From: a virus
Lineage: Duplodnaviria > Caudoviricetes
Virus record (IMG/VR): IMGVR_UViG_3300005077_000055
Span: 1 to 36,893 of that record
DNA: 36,893 nucleotides
Strand: one strand, 5' to 3'
This document shows positions 1-9,200 of this stretch, piece after piece. Both the position numbers and the translations under genes were made by a program. Numbering within the stretch: the stretch's first letter is position 1; each line of letters opens with the position of its first letter. The notes below the pieces were generated by a model. The model was not told the origin of the DNA, did not search any database, and worked only from the letters and a program-made list of their open reading frames with translations.

Positions 1-2
1 AA

Positions 3-176
3 GCGACAGTGAGGATGCTGACGAGGACACCTGCTCAGATGAAATCTGGAAGCGATACCTCGAGGCCTTCGAAACCGACACTGGAAGAACTAGCGCCGAT
101 GAGGACCAAGACGATATTAGATGAGGAGCTACCCAGACTGGATGGGCTGGACGGGGAATGGTGGAAGCGTTTCTAA
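3..176 (+). CDS. 3' end of a plus-strand gene (partial, hypothetical)
   Basis: Frame 3 is open from the window edge to TAA at 174-176 (...LDEELPRLDGLDGEWWKRF*) and abuts the stop of the next, convergent gene at 177. Frame 2 is also open to TGA at 122-124 and encodes an acidic peptide, so the true frame is uncertain. Confidence 0.4.
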   Translation, partial: ATVRMLTRTPAQMKSGSDTSRPSKPTLEELAPMRTKTILDEELPRLDGLDGEWWKRF

Positions 177-1553
177 TTACGAGTTGTCGCGCTCGTAGAC
201 CAAAACGTAGTCATTGGTGCCATTCGGGGCAACAGCTGGGGTGTACGTGCCGTTCGGCAAACCTGTTGCCGGAACAACAACGGTACCACCGCCAGCACCG
301 TGTGAATGCGCGTCCTGGGTATGGTTGTGGGCGTCCTGCGTGTGATTGTGTGCGTTCTGCACATGCGTGTGCGCTGCCGAAACCACCACCAAATAGGCGC
401 GTGCAGAGTTGGGTGCATTGGACGGAGTTACCGCGTGGTAGGTCATGTCCCAGGTACCGACCTCAGCCACTTGAGTTACAGTCAAAATACCCCTGGCTGC
501 TGCCAGAACAGTGGGAATACCAAGCTTGTTACCGTGACCAACAGAAGCTGTGGCCACTGCAACACCAACAGCGCCCTTGGTGATGGAAGTGACTGTCTTG
601 AAGATCTTCACACCTGTCGTGCTACCACCTGGATTAGCAGCCAGCACTTCAGTCACAGCCTCATCAAATTGATCTGTTCCAACTACGGTAAGGTCCCCAC
701 CATCCCAACCCGCGCCGAATGTCGCTGTGAGGTTGCGTGGGATGTCTGGATCTGTGATAGGTCCGGGGAACTCATTTACCTCTGTATCCGACAGAGCAGC
801 ATGGACAGCATCAGCAGCAGCGGTATCCGGCACACCGAGATAGTGCATCTCGGCAGTTGTAGCTGTCAGGTTGGTAGCCGTGGCGACTTGATTGGTAGCC
901 GTGGCGACCTGGTTCACCGCAGTAGCTGCACCTGCACCGACCGCGCCACCCACAACACCGGTTCCATAAAGTTCTGCCAAGACCATAGCAACCGTGTTAC
1001 GGACCTTGATCTTAGAGCTAAGCCCTAGCTTGTTGCCGAAGCCGAAGCAAATGGTTGCACCGACTCCTTGGCCCGCTGGCATCGAGATGCTGATCACCTG
1101 TTTGAAGGCTTTGTTGCCTTCAATCGTGTCGTTGATCTGTGGGACATTGATGGTTTCTGTGAGAGGCAGGCCGTCCACGTCCAGACCTACGACAGTCGCG
1201 GTTGCTGGCGCGTCAGCAGGAGTCCCAGCAGCAGAAGTAGTGATGGTGATGTTTCGGGGATACGGCATAGCAGCCCCACCCACAGCACCGTCCAGTGCGT
1301 CGCCTGAGTACGTCACTGCTGCAGCAACGCTGGCAACGTTCAACTTGATACCGTTTGTAGACGCCGCAGGGACATTTGTGAATGTCTCAGCTGCCAGAAC
1401 GCCGGTACCGCCGTGGCCTGGTGTCTCCATTGACGTAAACGCCTCATCCACATCACTACGAGTGTCGATGAGCTCGCCGGTCTTACCAGACCTCCTACGC
1501 ATCAGGTGCTCTCGCACCGGCGTCTTACTACCAAATGATTTCGAGGTACCCAT
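177..1553 (-). CDS. Virion structural protein, probable head/tail fibre or decoration protein with duplicated beta-rich domain and HxH repeats
   Basis: Thr/Ala/Gly/Val-rich. Two copies of a PRN[IL]T...VVG.D.....TE....G.K.FK.V.SI...G.GNKLG module, plus HTHVQNA-HNHTQDA-HNHTQDA-HSH repeats. Start moved to ATG 1553, which follows a GAGGAG RBS. Confidence 0.6.
   Translation of the reverse strand: MGTSKSFGSKTPVREHLMRRRSGKTGELIDTRSDVDEAFTSMETPGHGGTGVLAAETFTNVPAASTNGIKLNVASVAAAVTYSGDALDGAVGGAAMPYPRNITITTSAAGTPADAPATATVVGLDVDGLPLTETINVPQINDTIEGNKAFKQVISISMPAGQGVGATICFGFGNKLGLSSKIKVRNTVAMVLAELYGTGVVGGAVGAGAATAVNQVATATNQVATATNLTATTAEMHYLGVPDTAAADAVHAALSDTEVNEFPGPITDPDIPRNLTATFGAGWDGGDLTVVGTDQFDEAVTEVLAANPGGSTTGVKIFKTVTSITKGAVGVAVATASVGHGNKLGIPTVLAAARGILTVTQVAEVGTWDMTYHAVTPSNAPNSARAYLVVVSAAHTHVQNAHNHTQDAHNHTQDAHSHGAGGGTVVVPATGLPNGTYTPAVAPNGTNDYVLVYERDNS
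301..372 (-). repeat. 21-bp period coding repeat (HxH heptads)
   Basis: Encodes HTHVQNA/HNHTQDA/HNHTQDA/HSH. Confidence 0.8.
871..914 (-). repeat. 21-bp period tandem coding repeat (NQVATAT)
   Basis: ttggtagccgtggcgac occurs at 871-887 and again at 892-908. Confidence 0.85.
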
Positions 1554-1564
1554 GAGCTTTCTCC

Positions 1565-2359
1565 TCAATACTGGAAGGGCGTTCCTAGCTGTGCTTCGCC
1601 ATAACGGTTACTACCATGGGCCAGTGCCGGATACCCAGCCCCCCACATAGGCGCGCCATGGGATTCATTACCCAGCACACCCAATCCGTGATTGACTGTA
1701 CGGTAGGCCCCCCAACCGCCCAGTCCTATCAAAGCAGCCGTTGGTGCGCCTTTCGTGTACTTACTAATAGACTTCCACGGACTGAACGGGGCGTCTGCTC
1801 CTGGCGGTTTCGGTAGCTCTGCATTACCTGTCGTACCCGGGCCTGCGCCTGCCGGTGCACCAGCAGGCGTATTGATTGGCTCCTGCGTAGGCGCCTTAGG
1901 CGTTGCCTGTGTTGGCTTCGCACCCTGCCCCTTTTGAACTCCACCCATAGGTGCAGCAGTAGGGCCCACCGGCGCTTTAGGAACTTTAGGAGCCGTAACA
2001 CCCGGCACTTTAGGTACTCCTGCTGCGCCAAAAACGCTACTAGTTTGCTTTCTACCCAACTGTATAGCACTCTTACCGACTCTGGCCGCCATATTAGCCG
2101 CTATACTCATAGGGTTATTCAGAGCAGCGTCCTTCTCCATGTCCGCCAATGCCATACCAAACGCAGCGGCACACTTAGCAATGTAACTTAGACGTGAGTC
2201 CTCGTCTGACGGACTAGGGTCAGTGTACGTAGGTGTACTGGGTGCTCTGCACAGAAGACCCGCGTGCTTTACTAGCACCGGTGCCACGCCAGCTAGTTTG
2301 GCCTGGTAAACCGCCTCATTACCATATGCTCGAAGTAGACGTAGGTTTGGTACGTTCAT
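1565..2359 (-). CDS. Putative internal virion protein (K-x-A motifs, Pro/Ala/Lys-rich linker, Gly-rich hydrophobic helix)
   Basis: ATG 2359 overlaps the upstream TGA (ATGA coupling). Contains KLAG, KHAG, KCAA and EKDAA motifs and the segment AALIGLGGWGAYRTV. Confidence 0.55.
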   Translation of the reverse strand: MNVPNLRLLRAYGNEAVYQAKLAGVAPVLVKHAGLLCRAPSTPTYTDPSPSDEDSRLSYIAKCAAAFGMALADMEKDAALNNPMSIAANMAARVGKSAIQLGRKQTSSVFGAAGVPKVPGVTAPKVPKAPVGPTAAPMGGVQKGQGAKPTQATPKAPTQEPINTPAGAPAGAGPGTTGNAELPKPPGADAPFSPWKSISKYTKGAPTAALIGLGGWGAYRTVNHGLGVLGNESHGAPMWGAGYPALAHGSNRYGEAQLGTPFQY

Positions 2360-2736
2360 CCGAACACCCAAAGCCGCACAACTACATCTGACGTATGTGT
2401 AATCGTGAGCGCGGTCACACCAGCAACTGGAGTGGGGTTGACTATAACAGCCATACCACCACCGCTCAGCTCGGTTCCTTGATTTGAACCATTGTACTTT
2501 ATCAGAATCGGTGATGGTGCTGGGTCTGCTGTATCCACCTTGATGAATAGCCCTTTCACACCAGCTGCATCGAAGTTGCTAAGGTCCACTGTCTTGGTAC
2601 TAGAGCCGCTAAGTGACATAATCAGCGCGTTCTGATCATCGAACGTGACCGTAGCTGCGAATGGTATCAAAGGCGGTGGCACACCCCTATCAGGTGGGAA
2701 TGCTAGCTGCCCTGTGAACTGATAGGCTGAAGACAT
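2356..2736 (-). CDS. Hypothetical small beta-rich structural protein
   Basis: 126-aa ORF with a GAGGTG RBS, directly downstream of the tail tube gene. Confidence 0.6.
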   Translation of the reverse strand: MSSAYQFTGQLAFPPDRGVPPPLIPFAATVTFDDQNALIMSLSGSSTKTVDLSNFDAAGVKGLFIKVDTADPAPSPILIKYNGSNQGTELSGGGMAVIVNPTPVAGVTALTITHTSDVVVRLWVFG

Positions 2737-2744
2737 TATTCACC

Positions 2745-3488
2745 TCACGCAGCAGCGCCAGTAATCCAGCTATTGCCAGCGTCGGGGGCGTTGCTTGACG
2801 TAATGAGCTGGACGGTGTCGGCCACCTTGACTGGTATGGCTCTTTCGAACTGAAGCGCAGCCTGTTCCTGCACCACTACACCGGCCGCATCGGTGCTAAG
2901 GCCATGGGTTGGAACGTAGCAAGCCTCAAAGTACACAGCACTGACACTTCGCAGATCGAGGTCCCTCATATAGAAAAGAAGGCCGATCGGCTGAGCGAAC
3001 ATGTCAGACGCCAAATTGACGAACACGTTCTCGTAACCTGGTGGTATGATCACATCGTGCGGATTGGATAGGGTGTAATTAGGATCCGCGAACATCGACG
3101 GGATGTGCGGCGCCGCACCCTTTGGGCTATCGTAGTAGTACGCATAAAGAAGGCGTAGCAGCGATGCGCCGTGGTAGTAAATCCGGCCAAGCTGGATCTG
3201 ACCAACAGACCTACCCGCCACAAAGAAGCTTCGCTCCGACCCCAGCTCCCAGAACCGCTGGAATGTCCTCTGGTGACTGACGGAGAAATTCTGCAAGATG
3301 CCGATTGGGTAAACCAGAGCGTCAGCCCCAGCGTTACCTTTTTCCAAAACCTCGTAAAGGTTAGCGCCCATGTTGGCTAAGCGCGGCGGCCCAGCGGCTA
3401 CCACTGTGAAGGCTCCGCTGACGTAGCTGCCGTCGGCGATGCCAGATTGCATGTAGTTCGTGTAGGGTGCCCAGTTGGCCATACTCAT
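2745..3488 (-). CDS. Tail tube protein
   Basis: YPIGILQNFSVSHQR..QRFWELGSERSFFVAGRSVGQIQLGRIYY and VYFEACYV..HGLS..A...VVQEQAALQFER follow the contractile tail tube pattern. Lies downstream of the sheath and has an AAGGAG RBS. Confidence 0.75.
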   Translation of the reverse strand: MSMANWAPYTNYMQSGIADGSYVSGAFTVVAAGPPRLANMGANLYEVLEKGNAGADALVYPIGILQNFSVSHQRTFQRFWELGSERSFFVAGRSVGQIQLGRIYYHGASLLRLLYAYYYDSPKGAAPHIPSMFADPNYTLSNPHDVIIPPGYENVFVNLASDMFAQPIGLLFYMRDLDLRSVSAVYFEACYVPTHGLSTDAAGVVVQEQAALQFERAIPVKVADTVQLITSSNAPDAGNSWITGAAA

Positions 3489-3505
3489 GATACAGGCTCC
3501 TTTGC

Positions 3506-6229
3506 CTACTTTATCACGTGCTGTTTGATTTTGACCTCTTCGACTGGCAAACCCCTGAGCAATTTCCGGAGCTGCTCGTCATCGAACTGTGATCTTCGCC
3601 GCGCTTCAGCCCTGGAGGCTACAGCTACGTGCGGATCAACAAATAGATCGCGGTAACCTCGTGCGACAGAGGTGCCTAGGAGTACAGACGTCGGTACTGC
3701 TGATAGCGCAGCTGCACCTCGAAGTTCGGGTGGCGCCAATAAACTCAGCAAAGGCACGGCACCCGCTGCCGTAGCCAAACCAACGCCATGACCTTTCAAG
3801 AACTTGGCTTTGGATGGTTCTACGACTTGACCTCTGGACTTCTCGTACTCGCGCCATTTTGAGTCATCCTTCTTGCCCTCTTGATAAATGTCGTGAAGCG
3901 CGCGGACGAATTTGGCCTCGTGCTTATTGTCTACGTCGGCCTCCAAACCCTTATTCTCTAGGTCATGCCCGAACGTATCCCAATACTTTTTGAATAGCTC
4001 TCGATCTGTGTACTGGACTTTATCAGGACCTAGCACCTCGCGAATACTATCAGGAATGTGCCTTTTAGGTTTGGCCAGTAGGTCAGCAATTCCGTGCCCG
4101 GCGAATGGCGCAAAAGCAGCAGACAGTCCTCCCATAAGGCCAAGTGTGGGAGACTTAGCGATTGCATATCCAGTCATCGCCCCGCCTAGCGCACCACCCA
4201 GAACATGACCCGCCGCCCCTCTGAATCTCTTGTTGGGATCGTGCTCTTTCTCGTCCTGGTTGAGTTCACCCTTTGGTGCTGTGTACCCGCCATATGCAGC
4301 TCCTAGTAGAGCCCCACCCAACGCAGCCAGACCAGGTCCAGCCACCTTGTCAAATCCCAGCCACTCTTCCAGCTCTTCGTGCGTTCCGAACTCTGGCAGA
4401 GCTGCCTCGCCCTTTTTGATATTCTCGTAGAGGCTCTTGTTCAACTCTGCTTTTCTATTAGCAACGTCGTACACCCACTCATCCGTTGTCTTCTTGTGCT
4501 CAAACGGGTTGTAGAAGACAGGCATACCTGGCGTTTTCATACGCTGTAGGATCAAGCTTGGGCTGATGTTGGCCCACACGTCATAGGCGACCTCTGCTCC
4601 TCTGCTGGTATCCTTAGGGGACACTGACATATACCTGCGCACGACCACGCGTCGGTTCTCAGGTGCCCTGTGTGCTAACCCACCGGCTCGAATACCTCTT
4701 GCCTCGGCCTGATTGATACGCTCCGGGTTATAATGCCCGTCCATCATGCACATCATTGTAGTGTTGGGCAGATCTAATCCCTCGGAACCGGCCGCAGATA
4801 GAACCAGTACCTTCTTCTTACCAGCTCTGAAATCCGCAACGCCTTCTTGCCTGGACTTCTCATTGACCCCCTCGTTGCCCTTACCGATGAAGGTGGCGTG
4901 TTGAATACCACGCTGTTTCAGACCGGCCTGGAGTACATCTACTCCACCGTGGATAAGGTTGGTGTGAATAACAACCTGTGCATCAGGAGTCTCGTTGATG
5001 TGATCCTCTACATCGTCTAGCAGCTTCTTGACCTTAGGTGTCTTCACCGCAGACTCTTCTAGTGTGACAGAATGGTCGACGGTGTGAACAGAGTTCGATA
5101 CCTGCCGCAGACGTATTAGCCTGGCGAATACATCATTGAGTTCAGCGCCATTGATGTGGCTACCACCCAACTGGAACTTGACTGCGGTTACCGGGTCTAG
5201 CTCTTTTTTGATGTAACGATAGAGTTGGTGCTGCTGTGGACTCATCTCCACGTGCACCTCTTCCACTACTTTTTTGGGTGCGTTGGTCTGTAGCTGCGCT
5301 TGGTCTACATGGTGTACATAGGGAGCTATCATAGCCCTAAGCACCATTTCATTCCGTAGACTTCTAGCACCTGTCTGCGGATTGACATCAACGAACCGAC
5401 TTTCAAAGTTAGCCTTTCTACCCAGCATATGCTTGCCATTGGTCATAGCGTCTACCAAAGGAACAATATCAGCTGGGCTATTCGATACTAGCGAGCCTGT
5501 CATACCAATAAAGTTTCTGTGGTGTGGCCTGGCGTCTTTGATTGCGTCGGTGGTCTTTACACCCTCATTTTTTGCCTTGTGCAGCTCATCATAAATGACT
5601 GTGTCGGCACCCGCGGCACGAATATACTGCTGCGGGTTCTTGCGGTACATATCGTAGCTCACTATATGATACGCGGCTTTGGGGTCCGGCTTATCCAGTG
5701 ACACGTGCGTACCAGCAGATATCTCTGCTTCGTTACCAAAAATAGCCCCGCGGGCTGTGGTGAACTTCTTGACACCGTTCTCTAGATAGTTGGTTCTGAG
5801 TGATGCGGGGGTAACTACAAGCGCTCTCTGTGCCTTACCTTCGTCCTTGAGTCTTTCAAACGCCGCAATAGATGTTAGCGTTTTACCGGACCCGACCGGG
5901 TGTGACAGCAGTAAATTACCGTCCTTCTCTACAATCTTATCGACAGCATCTTTCTGGTGTGGGAACAGCTGTATGTTGTTGGTGAGAGCCGAGGTCGGGT
6001 AGGCTACTTTGTCGAACCTACCCGAACCGTCATACGTGATGTCAGCTACTGAGAACGCGCCTACAAGTTTATCATAATCGTCCCGTGCCATACCGACGCG
6101 CAGTAGCTCAGGACTAGTGGCGTGTGCGTATTTGACGCGCAGTACGTGATCCAAAGGGTCATCCGACACTTCGGAACCAACAAGCTCCAAGAACGCCAGA
6201 CGACCCTCATCAAACCGCGTTATCGACAT
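3506..6229 (-). CDS. SNF2-family (SF2) helicase/ATPase fused to a C-terminal Gly-rich hydrophobic region
   Basis: Q motif LFPHQ, motif I HPVGSGKT, Ia VVTPASL, II YDELH, III MTGS..SN, V AAGSEGLDL, VI QAEARGIRAG. Start moved to ATG 6229 (AGGA RBS, no overlap with the sheath gene). Confidence 0.9.
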   Translation of the reverse strand: MSITRFDEGRLAFLELVGSEVSDDPLDHVLRVKYAHATSPELLRVGMARDDYDKLVGAFSVADITYDGSGRFDKVAYPTSALTNNIQLFPHQKDAVDKIVEKDGNLLLSHPVGSGKTLTSIAAFERLKDEGKAQRALVVTPASLRTNYLENGVKKFTTARGAIFGNEAEISAGTHVSLDKPDPKAAYHIVSYDMYRKNPQQYIRAAGADTVIYDELHKAKNEGVKTTDAIKDARPHHRNFIGMTGSLVSNSPADIVPLVDAMTNGKHMLGRKANFESRFVDVNPQTGARSLRNEMVLRAMIAPYVHHVDQAQLQTNAPKKVVEEVHVEMSPQQHQLYRYIKKELDPVTAVKFQLGGSHINGAELNDVFARLIRLRQVSNSVHTVDHSVTLEESAVKTPKVKKLLDDVEDHINETPDAQVVIHTNLIHGGVDVLQAGLKQRGIQHATFIGKGNEGVNEKSRQEGVADFRAGKKKVLVLSAAGSEGLDLPNTTMMCMMDGHYNPERINQAEARGIRAGGLAHRAPENRRVVVRRYMSVSPKDTSRGAEVAYDVWANISPSLILQRMKTPGMPVFYNPFEHKKTTDEWVYDVANRKAELNKSLYENIKKGEAALPEFGTHEELEEWLGFDKVAGPGLAALGGALLGAAYGGYTAPKGELNQDEKEHDPNKRFRGAAGHVLGGALGGAMTGYAIAKSPTLGLMGGLSAAFAPFAGHGIADLLAKPKRHIPDSIREVLGPDKVQYTDRELFKKYWDTFGHDLENKGLEADVDNKHEAKFVRALHDIYQEGKKDDSKWREYEKSRGQVVEPSKAKFLKGHGVGLATAAGAVPLLSLLAPPELRGAAALSAVPTSVLLGTSVARGYRDLFVDPHVAVASRAEARRRSQFDDEQLRKLLRGLPVEEVKIKQHVIK

Positions 6230-6249
6230 AGTATATCCTAACGCACCCG

Positions 6250-9200
6250 TCAGATCGTGAGGGTGACGCGAATATAGTTGCATGGCAGGGGCAGGTCTAG
6301 CATCACGTCAACTAGAATCATATCTGGTTGGTTTTCATTCTGGATAACTGCATTGAGTGACCCACTAATAATCACACCCAGTTGCTCAGAAAACGCCAGA
6401 ACGCCTTGAACCGCACTGGAGAGCGCGTCCTTGAAGGATTGCGTGATGTTGTATCTGCCGATAAAATTCTTGAGCGAGGCGCGCATCAAACGAGCCATGA
6501 AGTCTAGAATCTTAGTTACAGATTCCGTTCTGAGCTCAATAGACGTCATGTCCGTGGTAAGGGCCATACGGCAAAGAATTGGTGCGCCCGCCACATCCTG
6601 CACCATGATCCAGTTACCGCCACCAGCAATCAGATTGAGTTGGCGGTCAGAGAAGAAATCATTGGAGCCGATAACACGCGTGAACCCAGCGAGCGGGAAG
6701 TTAGTAAAGCTGACACTGGGCTTCTGTCGGCCAACGGCACCCACGATAGCAGCGCACATGTAGTAACCAGGGATGACCTGTTCGATACCACCAATGCTAG
6801 CCGCGCACTCGTCCGGCACCACATGCCAGAATCGCCTGTTGAGGAACCCACTGGCCATATCGGCGTACGTAGACGCAATGGCTTGTTTGTCTGGTTTGCC
6901 ATTGGTAAGAGTGAGAGGGGTGCCTCGCACTCGAATGGCGAACGGTTCGTCGATAAGCGGGCTAGGAAGGATCTGCCCACCAGGGACAACTGGCTCAGCG
7001 TAGAAACCGTCTGAGTTATCACCACCGGTGAACGTAGACCTAATGGTGACTCTAGGCCCATCCACAGATGCAATACTGTAGTGCCCACTATCAGACGCAA
7101 TATCTAGGAACAGACCGTCTGTGCACGGAATAGTCGAGGTTGGATCCAACCCCTGCGCCACCAGGAGCTCGCTCAAGGTAGGGATACCCGTATCGAACAC
7201 ATTGACAGTACCAGTGCTGTTACCCTCAACACCGGAAGCTACGAGTGTATCGACAGCGTGCGTAGGCCTTTCCATGCAGAACACGCAGACTCGCTCAGCC
7301 TTCACGCTAGGATCACTCATTGCATTTACGTGCGCATTGAACACCTGTGCAACCGAAGAACTATGCGTCAAAGGCGCGATGCCGTACACATCAACTCCCT
7401 CGAGGAAGTTGGCTGCCCTAGTGAACGCTTCTACGGTGCCATCAGGCATATCCGCAGACACTTCGTCCACCCCTAGCCCTGTGACGGAGAATCCCTGACA
7501 GTTGAGCAGCGCGAAGTACAAACCCAACGCAAGTGGATTTGCAGCACTAATTGGACCGATCAGACTATCAATGTCATCAGTGTTGCTGAAACTCAACAGT
7601 CCGGGTCTCTCGGCCAGTGGGGTCACGTCAAGGCGTAAGGCAGTATAGGATACAAAAACCTTAGCGACGCCTCCGGAGACTGGGGTCCCAGTAGGAGACC
7701 GCAGCATATCCGCCTTGATAGATGGGTATGAGTTCAGGTCTAGTGTGAGATCCGCTTTGGGCCTAACTGTAACTCCCTGTCCTGCACGTAGATTCTTTGC
7801 CTGAATCGTAAAGTAGGTACCGACATCGCGGCCACGACTAGAGGAGGCGGCCAGCACGAAACCGAGTACAGAAGCAGCTGTATTGCTGAGAGTGTCTGTG
7901 ACCACAAGTGACTCAACTAGAGCCGATTGCTTACCAGCGATATTTAGACGGTTGAGCGCCGTCTTGGTGAATGTGCAGCTAGGAATAGCTAGGGCGAGTG
8001 CGGCCAGCATGTCAGAGTAGCTAGCCGGTGCGGACGTTCCCGAACCAAATGTACACGATGCCTGTGTCCCAGAAACAGTGAGAATGAGTGTGGTACCGGC
8101 CAACGTACCAGCCGCGCCGTACAACGCCGAAGCTGTGATGTCTTCCGTACCTGTGAAAGTAGGTGCTTGATACGGTATCTGAATCTGCCTATCCAGTTTC
8201 AATTTCCCAGCGACCCCGCCTGAGGCCACCTGTGTGATGATGCCTAGGAAAGACCCGTCGACATACAGGTAGTCCCCCGTGGCAACTGGATGCACCGTGT
8301 GCGTAGTGACGACAGTTGATTCCGCTGCCAGTGCGAAACCCAGCTCATCAGCAGCGTCATTGACTGCTATGTCGTCCTTGACCACGATAGACCGCGGTCC
8401 GCCTACCTTACCCTCGATGATTACGTATGGTGTCGCATCAACGGAAAAATCGAGTGTCGGGAAGGCAGCCGCAAGAACCAGGAGCAGCGCAGCGGGAGTT
8501 GCTGGCTCCCCTGTGAACGTATGCGTGGTATCCGTACCATCTAGAGTCAGGGTGAACTTCTTACCCGTGAGCACCGGCACTGGATCTACGTCTGCCGTAC
8601 CAGTCAGCGCAGGCACCAAACCAATGTCAGCCAGTGCGGTACCGCCTACTAGATCTAGGTGAGCGTCAGACCCGTAGTCAACTGTGGAGATAGAGAGTAC
8701 GTTGACCGCAACCTCAAAAACCAAAGTTGGATTGAGCGTGTCCGGATTGAAGAACGCGTCTAGCTTAGATGCTAAGTTAGCTCGGGTCTCGCTACCATCA
8801 AATGTGTATGTACGCTGCACGTACCCGTCATCCAGAATAAGAGTCTTGCCGGTCATACCGCTGAGTTCACTAGCGATGGTAATACCGGTGATGACTTTCA
8901 AGGTGGCCGCCGAGTTGAAGCTCTCTGTGGCACTCGACACAAATGGGGTCAGAAGATCACCATTTCCGTCATCCACTGCGGCTAGCACCCCGCCAGAGCG
9001 CAAGAAGCTCTCTGTACGCAATGCCTCTTTCAGGCTACCGTTACCAAGTGCCAGAAAGGCCCTAACGGACTCAGGGAAGATCTCCAACTCATTGAGATTC
9101 TGCCTAGGGTCTGGGAAATACGGGTACGGAATCTTGAACCAGCGCTGGTCATAAGTACTCCTGCCGACAAGCTGCTGACCCACGGCAATTCCAAAAGCTG

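Noticed and set aside
301-914. Short tandem repeats as a possible CRISPR array or DGR repeats
   Set aside because: They are in-frame 21-bp coding repeats without spacers, and no cas or reverse transcriptase gene is seen.
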